Shown here: one piece after another, positions 10,454 to 18,772 of the stretch
How the letters are laid out: the number at the start of each line of letters is the position of its first letter
Position numbering within the stretch: position 1 is the first letter of the stretch
Source of the DNA: a candidate division WOR-3 bacterium
Lineage (GTDB): Bacteria; Hydrothermota; Tepidihabitantia; SM23-42; JAOAFX01
Direction: 5' to 3'
Assembly: GCA_039802145.1 (NCBI GenBank)
Contig: JBDRWA010000001.1
Span: 1 to 45,910 of the forward strand
Length of the DNA: 45,910 nt
Notes under the pieces: generated by a model
What the model was told of the DNA's origin: nothing
Databases searched by the model: none
What the model saw: the letters and a program-made list of their open reading frames with translations, nothing else
Program-made: the position numbers and the translations under genes

Positions 10454-10735
10454 CTACATTTTTTTCTCCTGGGAAATTTTATTTCTTACTTCTGACAGTC
10501 TAATTTCAGCGCTACTAAATCCACGGTTAATAGCTACCGCCTTTTCATACATCTGTTCTGCTTGAATCAGTCGTCCTGATTGCTCATAGGCAAGACCCAG
10601 ATAGTAATATAATTCTGGGTCATGAGGATTTATCTTTAGTGCTTCACTGAATTTGGCGATTGCCTTATCATACTCCTTGTTCAGGAGGTATGATTGACCA
10701 ATCTCCATTAAGACTTCAATTTCTCCTGATTGCAT
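10454..10735 (-). CDS. TPR repeat protein
   Basis: 93 aa with two or three TPR units (YDKAIAKFSEALKINPHDPELYYYLGLAYEQSGRLIQAEQMYEKAVAIN). GGAAAGGAG SD upstream. Downstream of nadB. Confidence 0.75.
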   Translation of the reverse strand: MQSGEIEVLMEIGQSYLLNKEYDKAIAKFSEALKINPHDPELYYYLGLAYEQSGRLIQAEQMYEKAVAINRGFSSAEIRLSEVRNKISQEKKM

Positions 10736-10772
10736 GCTCCTTTCCTTTTTTAAATAATTGATTAACTTTGTA

Positions 10773-12302
10773 TCATAATGGGGTACAACTTATAACTGTA
10801 TCTCTGAGGAAATCGTCGTCTTTCTCCGGATAGTCTACAACATAATGGAGTCCCCTTGATTCTTTTCTAATAAGACAGGAGGTCACAATCAATGCGGCAA
10901 CATCAACCATATTCCTTGATTCAGCATTTATCAGATGAACGCCGGATTCAAACTGTTTGCAATATTCATTCAATATTTCATTCACTTTTTTTAACCCTTC
11001 TTCAGTGCGTATAACATTGACATACTGTGACATCAGTTGTTTTACCTGAATTTTAAAATCAGGACCTGTACTAACCGAAGGCTTTAATCTTGGAATTCTT
11101 GCCAACTTTAATGCTTTGATATTTGATACTCTCTTTGCTGCCCTTGAGGCGAATACAAGTGCCTCAAGCAAAGAATTGGAGGCGAGGCGATTCCCCCCAT
11201 GGACTCCGGTGCAAGCACATTCACCAAGGGCAAATAATCTTTTTATGGATGTTTCACCCCAAGTGTTCACTTTGATACCTCCGCATAGATAATGGGCTGC
11301 AGGAACCACAGGTATTGGTTCCCTTGTAATATCAATGCCCCAGCGCAGGCAGGTTTCATAAATTGTAGGAAACCTGTTTTTTACAAAATCCGATTTTAAA
11401 TGGGTGACATCAAGTAATACATATGGGTCATTGTTGTTAAGCATCTCTGTGACACAGGCGCGAGCAACTACATCCCTGGGTGCAAGATTTTCCATCGGGT
11501 GGTATTTTTTCATAAATGGTTCACCTGACCTCGTCTTCAATATTCCCCCTTCACCACGTACTGCTTCAGAAATCAAGAATGACCTGCCGTCAATTTTAAT
11601 ATTATAAACTGCGGTGGGATGGAATTGGACAAATTCCATATTGGCGATCTCGGCGCCAGCCCGATAAGCCATTGCGATGCCATCACCTGTTGCGATGGGC
11701 GGATTTGTGGTATGTTCATAAACCTGTCCTATACCACCGGTTGCTATGACAGTAGCACTTGCCAATATAGTCTCAACACGCTGGGTATTAACATCCAGAT
11801 AATAAATGCCAAGGCATTCTCCATCCTGAACTATCAAATCCAGCACCACTTCATTTTCACTGATTGTAATATCGTATTTCTTTGTTTCCTCAATTAGTAC
11901 ACGTTCAATCTCTTGTCCGGTATAATCACGGGCATGAACAATTCTACGATGCGAATGTCCACCCTCCTGACCGAGTTCAAAATTTCCATCTTTATCAACT
12001 GAGAATCTACAGCCCATTTGATATAATTCCTTAACCAATCCAGGACCTTCTTTGACCATAATTTCTACAGCATCCTTATGGCATAGGCCGTCACCTGCCT
12101 TTAAAGTGTCCTCAATATGGCTTTCAAACGAGTCATCTTTCCCAAAGACCGCAGCAATACCTCCCTGGGCATAATTGGTGTTTGACTCTGCTTTGTGTTT
12201 TTTAGTGAGTATCAGTACACTCCCATATTTTGCACTCTTGATTGCGAAGGTTAGACCCGCAACCCCGGAGCCCACAACCAGAAAATCCACCTTTCTGGGC
12301 AT
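10773..12302 (-). CDS. nadB: L-aspartate oxidase
   Basis: FAD motif DFLVVGSGVAGL, plus HAHRR-like GGHSHRRI and FLISEAVRGEGG. I prefer the ATG at 12302 to the TTG at 12305. Confidence 0.9.
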   Translation of the reverse strand: MPRKVDFLVVGSGVAGLTFAIKSAKYGSVLILTKKHKAESNTNYAQGGIAAVFGKDDSFESHIEDTLKAGDGLCHKDAVEIMVKEGPGLVKELYQMGCRFSVDKDGNFELGQEGGHSHRRIVHARDYTGQEIERVLIEETKKYDITISENEVVLDLIVQDGECLGIYYLDVNTQRVETILASATVIATGGIGQVYEHTTNPPIATGDGIAMAYRAGAEIANMEFVQFHPTAVYNIKIDGRSFLISEAVRGEGGILKTRSGEPFMKKYHPMENLAPRDVVARACVTEMLNNNDPYVLLDVTHLKSDFVKNRFPTIYETCLRWGIDITREPIPVVPAAHYLCGGIKVNTWGETSIKRLFALGECACTGVHGGNRLASNSLLEALVFASRAAKRVSNIKALKLARIPRLKPSVSTGPDFKIQVKQLMSQYVNVIRTEEGLKKVNEILNEYCKQFESGVHLINAESRNMVDVAALIVTSCLIRKESRGLHYVVDYPEKDDDFLRDTVISCTPL

Positions 12303-12308
12303 CAAAAC

Positions 12309-12336
12309 ATTTTATATAAATTTTTCTGAATGTCAA
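12309..12336 (-). promoter_or_regulatory. Sigma70-type promoter, leaderless geometry (TTGACA-16-TAAAAT, 6 nt to ATG at 12302)
   Basis: Read on the reverse complement: -35 at 12336..12331, -10 at 12314..12309. Confidence 0.6.
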
Positions 12337-12381
12337 TAATAATTTTTAATTCACTTATTTTTAAATTGAAACCTGCTTCCC

Positions 12382-12409
12382 TTGAAAATTTGCAGAAAAT
12401 TAATATAAT
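12382..12409 (+). promoter_or_regulatory. Sigma70-type promoter, leaderless geometry (TTGAAA-16-TATAAT, 5 nt to ATG at 12415)
   Basis: -35 at 12382..12387, -10 at 12404..12409. No SD. Confidence 0.65.
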
Positions 12410-12414
12410 TACCT

Positions 12415-13518
12415 ATGAAGATATTACTCCTTGCGGTACCAATTGGTGCAGGGCATATTAAGGCCGCGACCGCAATAAAACAGGGAATAGAAAAATTATC
12501 AATTGAATCTCAGGTCAGGCTTGAAAATTGCTTTCAATGGGTTCTGCCGATTTATGGATTTGCATATAAAAATATATATGAATTCTGTCAGAAGAATGCG
12601 GTCTGGTTGTTGAAGATTTTTTATCAAGGGATGGGTATAAAGGCTGGTAGTAACAGAACACTTTATGCCTTCCACAAGATAACTGCTTACAAATTTCCCT
12701 TATTACTTGAGGAATACAAACCCGACTACATATTATGTGCCCATTTTTCTCCTGCTTATTATTCTGCGTTATATAAAAATTTTTTCAATTACAGAATTGG
12801 AGTTGTGGTTACAGACTATTATATCCATCCCCACTGGGTAAATAAAGAAGTAGATGACTATTTTATTCCGAATGAAGATTTAGTCAGCCAATTATTGAGT
12901 TACGGTGTTAAGGAGTTACAGGTATATCCGTTTGGGATTCCAGTGAATATCGCTCTTGAAAGTGAAATTGATAAGGATTCAGCGCGCAGGAGATTTGGTC
13001 TATCAGCAAATAGGATTTCGGTGGTAGTAATGGGTAGCAAGGTGTTTGGTGGTGAGTGGTTTGAAATCGTTCAAGAAATTGTGGACTTTGATTATGATTT
13101 ACTTGTCTTATGTGGTGAAAACAAAGAGGCAATGGAAAAGATAAAAAAACTTCATGGACGGGCAAATCTAAAGATTTACGGAATGGTTGATAGAATTCAG
13201 GAATTGATTGCGGTATGCGATATTCTAATCACCAAGGCAGGCGGCATTACAACAACTGAAGCAACCAAGGCAGGTCCGTGTTTATTGTTCGCCAATTCAA
13301 TACCAGGATTGGAAGATAAAAACGAAGAATTTTTTATCAGGCATAAGGCAGGATTGAAGATAACGAAAGAGAATGCAAAACAAATTATGGCTGATCTCCT
13401 TTCACATCCAGAAAAAGTCGTGGAGATGAAGGCAAATCTTTTAAAGCTTGGCAAAAAAAACTCTGCCCTGAACATTGCCCAGACGATCTTAAAAAGGGGA
13501 CAGGCAACTTTTTTGTAA
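12415..13518 (+). CDS. MGDG-synthase/UgtP-like (GT28) diacylglycerol glycosyltransferase
   Basis: 367 aa. The N-terminus MKILLLAVPIGAGHIKAA and the C-terminal ILITKAGGITTTEA are typical of the MurG/MGDG-synthase fold. The last 8 codons lie inside the left inverted repeat of the RAYT cassette. Confidence 0.7.
   Translation: MKILLLAVPIGAGHIKAATAIKQGIEKLSIESQVRLENCFQWVLPIYGFAYKNIYEFCQKNAVWLLKIFYQGMGIKAGSNRTLYAFHKITAYKFPLLLEEYKPDYILCAHFSPAYYSALYKNFFNYRIGVVVTDYYIHPHWVNKEVDDYFIPNEDLVSQLLSYGVKELQVYPFGIPVNIALESEIDKDSARRRFGLSANRISVVVMGSKVFGGEWFEIVQEIVDFDYDLLVLCGENKEAMEKIKKLHGRANLKIYGMVDRIQELIAVCDILITKAGGITTTEATKAGPCLLFANSIPGLEDKNEEFFIRHKAGLKITKENAKQIMADLLSHPEKVVEMKANLLKLGKKNSALNIAQTILKRGQATFL
13491..13513. 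repeat. Left inverted repeat of RAYT cassette
   Basis: AAAAAGGGGACAGGCAACTTTTT. It overlaps the stop region of the glycosyltransferase gene. Confidence 0.9.
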
Positions 13519-13523
13519 AATTT

Positions 13524-14186
13524 ATGCCCAGAATAGCTCGTGGAATAGCCGACGGACTGACCTATCATATACTTAACCGAGGTAATGGTGGTCAGACGGT
13601 TTTTAGAAAAGACCAAGACTACAGGGTTTTTATTGAGTTAATGTCCTATGCAAAGTCTGAATTCAATATCAAAATATTTGCTTATTGTTTAATGCCTAAT
13701 CATTTCCATGTGGTTTTGATGCCGACAAAAGGTGAAAATTTAAGTAATTTTATGCATCTCGTTATGACGAGCCATGTGCGGCGCTATCATAAACATTATG
13801 GCACGAGCGGACATATATGGCAGGGAAGGTATAAAAGTTTTATTATCCAGGAGAATAACTATTTGTTAACAGCATTAAGATATGTTGAAGGAAACCCCGT
13901 GAGAGCGAATTTGGTGAAGTCAGCAATAAAATGGGAATGGTCATCGCATAGAGAGAGGATTAAATTAAAACCCAATGAATTATTGGCTGAACCCCCTATT
14001 GATTTACCATCCAACTGGACTGAATTCGTTGATGAACCATTATCTTTAAATGACTTAGAAAAAATAAGGAACAGCGTTATTCGCCAAGCCCCCTATGGTG
14101 AATTAGAATGGCAGATTAGTATCTGTAAAAATTTGAACTTAGAATCAACAATTAGACCAAGAGGCAGGCCTGCAAAATGGAAATAA
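13524..14186 (+). CDS. REP-associated tyrosine transposase-like (IS200/Y1 HUH) protein
   Basis: HUH motif LMPNHFHVVL and catalytic-Tyr helix LRYVEGNPVRANL. Length and layout are typical of single-copy RAYT-type genes. Confidence 0.8.
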   Translation: MPRIARGIADGLTYHILNRGNGGQTVFRKDQDYRVFIELMSYAKSEFNIKIFAYCLMPNHFHVVLMPTKGENLSNFMHLVMTSHVRRYHKHYGTSGHIWQGRYKSFIIQENNYLLTALRYVEGNPVRANLVKSAIKWEWSSHRERIKLKPNELLAEPPIDLPSNWTEFVDEPLSLNDLEKIRNSVIRQAPYGELEWQISICKNLNLESTIRPRGRPAKWK

Positions 14187-14207
14187 AAAGTTGCCTGTCC
14201 CCTTTTT
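14185..14207. repeat. Right inverted repeat of RAYT cassette
   Basis: AAAAAGTTGCCTGTCCCCTTTTT. It ends 1 nt before the ATG of the next gene. Confidence 0.9.
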
Positions 14208-14531
14208 ATGACCAGAGAAGAATTTGAAAAGATCGTTGTAGAAGTTTTGAAAAGATTACCAAAGATTTTAAGTGAGAAACTGATAAATGTTGAGATAGTG
14301 ATTGAAGAAGAACCCATTCCACAAAAATCCCTTTTGGGTTTGTATCAGGGAGTGCCGTTGAGGAGAAGGGGAATATGGTATGGAAACGTTTTGCCTGATA
14401 AGATAACACTCTTTAAAGCGAATATTGAACGTCTGACAAACAATGAACAAGAAACAAAAGAACTCGTCTATGAAGTCTTGATTCACGAAATCGGTCATTA
14501 CTTCGGATTTGATGAAGAAGACCTCTTGTAA
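14208..14531 (+). CDS. Small zincin-like metallopeptidase family protein
   Basis: 107 aa with HEIGHYFGFDEEDL near the C-terminus, as in the Zincin_1/DUF1025 family. No SD; the ATG abuts the inverted repeat. Confidence 0.7.
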   Translation: MTREEFEKIVVEVLKRLPKILSEKLINVEIVIEEEPIPQKSLLGLYQGVPLRRRGIWYGNVLPDKITLFKANIERLTNNEQETKELVYEVLIHEIGHYFGFDEEDLL

Positions 14532-14533
14532 AT

Positions 14534-14631
14534 GGGTTGGGAAATGGGATAGGGTCGGAAGGATGGTTGATGGGTTGGGGTTTGGAATCTGGTATTGAAT
14601 TTGGTTAAATGGTAATTGGTAACTGGTTAAA
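14534..14631 (+). repeat. Degenerate G-rich tandem array with 7-nt phase (about 14 units), intergenic
   Basis: GG/GGG recurs every 7 nt, clearest at TGGTTAA/ATGGTAA/TTGGTAA/CTGGTTA (14602..14629). The 5' end is GGGTTGGGAAATGGGATAGGG. Confidence 0.7.
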
Positions 14632-14634
14632 TAT

Positions 14635-16878
14635 TTATCCATTTAACAATCTCTTCGCTTCCTGAGAATCCGGAATTATCTTCAAGACCTTCTGTAAAAT
14701 TTTTCGGGCGTCAGTTTTATTATTGTGCTCAAGACAGCTTTTTGCAAAATTTATCGCTTCGGTCTCAAACTGACTCAAAATTTTAAATCTCATATCCACT
14801 GACCAGTTATCAAAATTCTTTTTGAATGGTTCGCCGCGGAATAATTTAAATGCCCGTAAAAATTCTTTTCTTGCAAACTCCCACTCACCAGCCCGCTCTA
14901 ATGCCTTTGCCCTTGTAAGGGTCTCATTGAATTCCTGATAGTCAGTGGTAAAATATATTCCTTGATTGATTAACACTGAAGTGCCACTTCCACGAGATAT
15001 TTCCAATAAATGCGTCGGTATTTTTAATGTTTTTTTAATTCGGACCAATAGATGTGAAAAATTGCGCGATGCATTTTCACTTCCGGGCCAGAAATTCGCA
15101 TAAACTTTGTCCAAGTTTACAGATTTTTTTGGCTCCGTTGCATAAAAACTGAGAAATATTATGAATGTTTCATCTTTGGGCGCAAGTTCAACTCTCATAT
15201 CCTTACCGCACTTATCAATAATCAACTTACCCAAGAATTTGATTTCATAGACTGGAACATTTGTGTTAAATATGGGCAATCTTATTATTGCTCGCGGGAG
15301 TCTGGTCGGTTTTCCTTTTTCAAGATATTTGGTTACTACTTGAGGAAAGTAGAATATGTATTGATAGAAAAAACCCATAAGATTCCTGGATTTGGCATAT
15401 GAAAAAGCCCTGCGGTATGAACCTTCTATCATTATGTTCAAAAGTCGTGTGACAGGCATTGTATCTTTGTTCAATTGGGTATCAATTTTATTTTCTGAGA
15501 AATATTCTGTCAGCAAGATATATCTATTAAACACTGATTTTAGACCTCTGCCGGCGAAAGGTAGAATTTTCTTGATAATTTCAATCGCTTGTTTTTGTCT
15601 GCCAAGGCTACAATAAGCACTGGCAATAATTGAATATGCTGCAATAATATGTTTAAAAAGCTCCTCTTTTTTTGAAACAGTGATTGCCTCGTGGCAAAGA
15701 GAAATGGCTCGATTAGGTTTGCCGCTCACCAAAGACATCATTGCTTCAAAGATAAATCTTTTAGGCTGATGCGCCCACCATTGAAAATTTTCCATACTAC
15801 GGAGTAGATTAAGCGCTTTGCGATACTCTCCCTTGTAGAACAATATTTGCGCTAAGTCATCCATAATAAATTGTGCATCTTCCTCACTTGCTACTTTCAG
15901 AGTCTGGCTATACCAGTACTCAGCTTTACGGAAATTTTCTAAAAATATGTATAAGGCGCCTATATTATGGAGTAGGTCATAGGACCAAATATTTTTCCTT
16001 TTTCTTAACAACGTATGACATATTTTTGCTACCTCAGACGCATTCTTTATGCGGTTTAGATACACATTAGCAATACCTTCGCAGATTAAGAGGGTAATTT
16101 TAAGATAAAGCAGATCGCGGGACATCCTGATTTGGGTTTTTAATAAGGTTTTTAATTGTTTTATTCGTTTTAGCATTTCCTCGGGTTTGTTTATATATGA
16201 TAATACCGCTAAATAAGTAACTCCAATACGTAGCAATGAATAGCATAATCTATTCTTAATACACCATTTATAGATTTCTTTTATCTGTTTACGATAAATA
16301 GATAAAGGAACTTTTCCATACAATAGGATATATTTTTCCATTCTTCTCTTGATATTTAAAAGGGAATCTGGTACGTGGATGATTAGATCATTCTGTGGAA
16401 GAGCGGGTATTGAATTTAAGAGAGATGCAGCAGTTTGATAATCTTTTATTTCTATGCAACTTTTTGCACCTTCAATTTTCTTGGTCGCTTCAGTAGACCA
16501 TGAACAATTGTTAGGAAATTCTTTTAGTATTTTTCCATTTTCAAACCCTGCCAGGCCGTAGCGTTTCCATACTGACCAAATACCTTTTACCGAAATTTTA
16601 ATTCCTCTGCTGTGAAGAATATCTCTTGCTTTTCTTACAGTCAGAGCCGGACAACTTTCTTTAAGAAAAACAATCGTTTTTTCCAGATCAGTAGATATAC
16701 GGTTCCAGGGTCGCCTGTAGTCTGAATAAAACCAGGTTTTACCATATTTTTCATATGATTTTATCCACTTGTACAATGTCATGTAGTTCAGTCCAAACTG
16801 CCTTGCAGTTTTTCGCAACGATTGACCCTGTCTGATGTGGTATTGGACTATCTGAAACGAATAAGTTTTGTTACCCAT
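14635..16878 (-). CDS. Large regulator: N-terminal transposase-type paired HTH, central TPR-like solenoid, C-terminal winged-helix + BTAD (SARP-like)
   Basis: 747 aa. The N-terminus SLRKTARQFGLNYMTLYKWIKSYEKYG...TVRKARDILHSRGIKISVKGIWSVWKRYGL resembles IS630-type HTH pairs. TPR-like helices fill the middle. The C-terminus ...LLVRIKKTLK...YFTTDYQEF...LFRGEPFKKNFDNWSVDMRFKIL... fits an OmpR-type wHTH followed by BTAD. Confidence 0.7.
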   Translation of the reverse strand: MGNKTYSFQIVQYHIRQGQSLRKTARQFGLNYMTLYKWIKSYEKYGKTWFYSDYRRPWNRISTDLEKTIVFLKESCPALTVRKARDILHSRGIKISVKGIWSVWKRYGLAGFENGKILKEFPNNCSWSTEATKKIEGAKSCIEIKDYQTAASLLNSIPALPQNDLIIHVPDSLLNIKRRMEKYILLYGKVPLSIYRKQIKEIYKWCIKNRLCYSLLRIGVTYLAVLSYINKPEEMLKRIKQLKTLLKTQIRMSRDLLYLKITLLICEGIANVYLNRIKNASEVAKICHTLLRKRKNIWSYDLLHNIGALYIFLENFRKAEYWYSQTLKVASEEDAQFIMDDLAQILFYKGEYRKALNLLRSMENFQWWAHQPKRFIFEAMMSLVSGKPNRAISLCHEAITVSKKEELFKHIIAAYSIIASAYCSLGRQKQAIEIIKKILPFAGRGLKSVFNRYILLTEYFSENKIDTQLNKDTMPVTRLLNIMIEGSYRRAFSYAKSRNLMGFFYQYIFYFPQVVTKYLEKGKPTRLPRAIIRLPIFNTNVPVYEIKFLGKLIIDKCGKDMRVELAPKDETFIIFLSFYATEPKKSVNLDKVYANFWPGSENASRNFSHLLVRIKKTLKIPTHLLEISRGSGTSVLINQGIYFTTDYQEFNETLTRAKALERAGEWEFARKEFLRAFKLFRGEPFKKNFDNWSVDMRFKILSQFETEAINFAKSCLEHNNKTDARKILQKVLKIIPDSQEAKRLLNG

Positions 16879-16887
16879 AGTGGAAAC

Positions 16888-16915
16888 ATTGTAGCCAATT
16901 TTTCAAAAAAGTCAA
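16888..16915 (-). promoter_or_regulatory. Sigma70-type promoter, near-leaderless (TTGACT-16-TACAAT, 9 nt to ATG at 16878)
   Basis: Read on the reverse complement: -35 at 16915..16910, -10 at 16893..16888. No SD. Confidence 0.65.
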
Positions 16916-17051
16916 GAATTCAATAACAAATTGCATGAAATATTGAGAAATCAATCTTTTCAATAAATGCTTGTGGATAAACTCAGACACAATTCCATTT
17001 ATAATTAAGTATAAGAAAGTTAAATTTTAAAAAATTAGAAAGGAGGTTCAA

Positions 17052-18611
17052 ATGTTATTAGGTTTTGCTTTTGTCTTTACCAGTATACTATTTGCACAGA
17101 CCGAAAGGTGGGTCTACCGGTATAACGGACCTGGAAATAGCCATGACTATGCTCATTCAATTGTCTATGGAATGGATGGGAATATCTATGCGGCGGGACA
17201 GAGTTTTGGTGGAGAACCAGCGCGGAGTGATTTCACAGTGATAAGTTTGACTTCTACAGGAACCCAGAGATGGGTTTATCGTTATCCTAATCATTACGAA
17301 GATAATGCGTGGGCGATCACATATGGGCAGGATCATAATATTTATGCAGCTGGATATGTCAATGGGACCGCTATGGATTTAGCAATTATAAGTCTAACAT
17401 CTTCTGGAGCTCTAAGGTGGATTTATACACACAACGGTCCTTTAAATAGCGATGATTATGCAGTGTCAATCATTCAGGGTTCTGATGGGAATATATATGC
17501 TGCTGGCAGAAGTGGTGGAATAAGTACTCACGATTTATTCGTTGTGAGTCTAACACCTTCTGGAACTGAAAGATGGGTCTATTACTATGATGGGTCCGCA
17601 CACTTGCTTGACGCGGCTTATTCCATAAGTTATGGCCCAGATGGAAATTTATACATTGCTGGTCATGGCGGCGGTGGAGCAGGGCGTCATTTCATTGTTT
17701 TGAGTCTTACAACATCTGGTGAATTAAGATGGGTTTATGATAACGGAGGCACTAATGATTGGATGAGCTATGCTTATTCACTTACATTTGACCAATTGGG
17801 TAATGTCTATGCGTGTGGTTATATCTGGTATACTGGTAGTTGGTCTGATTTCACGGTGGTCAAACTGGACACAAGTGGTAACGAGCAGTGGATTTACCGG
17901 TATAATAGTCCCTGGAATGGTTATGAAGGTGCCTATTCAATTGTCTATGGTGCGGATGGAAATATCTATGCAGCGGGCGCAGGTACATCTGCTAACACGA
18001 GTTTCAACGATTTGCTGGTTATCAGCCTCACTCCTGCTGGCGAAGAGAGATGGATTTATTATTATGGCAGTCCTTCCGGTCTGAATGATGGTGCCGAAGA
18101 GATCGTGTACGGAGATAATGGGAAACTCTACATCACGGGTTATTGCACAGTTAGTTCTAATGCCGAAGATTGGGATATGATTGTAATTGAAATGGACACA
18201 AATGGTGTGGCAAACTGGATATACAGATACGATGGACCTGGGCATTATAAAGACCAGGGTGAAGGAATTGTTTTTGGCTCTGACAATAATATTTATGTGG
18301 CTGGATGGAGTTGCGGAGCAAACCAGGATTTTCTTATTTTGAGTTTGACTGCATCATTAGATATTGCAGAAACATTAATGCAATCAAAATTTGTCTATCC
18401 ATCAACTCATCGTGCAGTTCCCAATCCCTTCTTCTCCTTCACTTCTATAGAAGGGTATGAAAATGAGCAGTTTCAACTTTTTGATGCATCAGGACGATAT
18501 ATTGGTGTGTACAAAGGTGACCGCATCGGCGATAATCTTCCTGCTGGATTATATTTTGTAGTATCTGATGACAAAAGTATTCTGCCTGCACGGGTGGTGA
18601 AGATAAGATAA
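17052..18611 (+). CDS. Secreted SBBP-type beta-propeller repeat protein with T9SS C-terminal sorting domain
   Basis: 519 aa with signal-like MLLGFAFVFTSILFAQ. About eight ~50-aa repeats (RWVYRYNGPG...YA.SIVYG.DGNIYAAG...DF.VISLT..G). Tail PNPFFSF...LFDASGR...LPAGLYFVV...VVKIR. AGGAGG SD. Confidence 0.85.
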   Translation: MLLGFAFVFTSILFAQTERWVYRYNGPGNSHDYAHSIVYGMDGNIYAAGQSFGGEPARSDFTVISLTSTGTQRWVYRYPNHYEDNAWAITYGQDHNIYAAGYVNGTAMDLAIISLTSSGALRWIYTHNGPLNSDDYAVSIIQGSDGNIYAAGRSGGISTHDLFVVSLTPSGTERWVYYYDGSAHLLDAAYSISYGPDGNLYIAGHGGGGAGRHFIVLSLTTSGELRWVYDNGGTNDWMSYAYSLTFDQLGNVYACGYIWYTGSWSDFTVVKLDTSGNEQWIYRYNSPWNGYEGAYSIVYGADGNIYAAGAGTSANTSFNDLLVISLTPAGEERWIYYYGSPSGLNDGAEEIVYGDNGKLYITGYCTVSSNAEDWDMIVIEMDTNGVANWIYRYDGPGHYKDQGEGIVFGSDNNIYVAGWSCGANQDFLILSLTASLDIAETLMQSKFVYPSTHRAVPNPFFSFTSIEGYENEQFQLFDASGRYIGVYKGDRIGDNLPAGLYFVVSDDKSILPARVVKIR

Positions 18612-18627
18612 AACCAGTCCCTTTCTG

Positions 18628-18659
18628 TCCCCTGGGGTGCCTGAAGGCACCCCAGGGGA
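18628..18659 (+). terminator. 14-bp GC-rich hairpin after cargo gene (TCCCCTGGGGTGCC-tgaa-GGCACCCCAGGGGA)
   Basis: Perfect stem read directly. The downstream T-tract is weak (TTATACATT). A near-identical copy is at 23594..23623. Confidence 0.6.
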
Positions 18660-18772
18660 TTATACATTGCGCTTAGAAGCAGCTCATTAGATAAATCTGA
18701 AAGGAGATATGGTATTTGGGTTTAGGTTTGGAAATGGAAACTGTCTGTATTTATTTGTTTGGACTGCAAAAC

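Larger units (their letters stand above)
13491..14207 (+). mobile_element. RAYT cassette: IS200-like Y1 transposase gene bracketed by perfect 23-bp inverted repeats
   Basis: AAAAAGGGGACAGGCAACTTTTT at 13491..13513 is the exact reverse complement of 14185..14207. The repeats enclose only the 220-aa HUH/Y1 gene. Confidence 0.75.

Noticed and set aside
13197-13616. 139-aa minus-strand ORF across the glycosyltransferase 3' end, the inverted repeat and the RAYT 5' end
   Set aside because: It is antisense to two well-supported genes, crosses the repeat boundary, and has no motifs or translation signals.
16917-16968. Direct repeats TTCAATAA (16919..16926 and 16959..16966), and AGTAATTA twice in 21140..21176, as SARP-type activator sites for the cargo promoters
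   Set aside because: These are short AT-rich words in AT-rich DNA, differ between the two paralogous intergenic regions, and have inconsistent spacing. They cannot be separated from chance without binding data. I note only that the cargo promoters lack a good -35 box, which is compatible with activator dependence.
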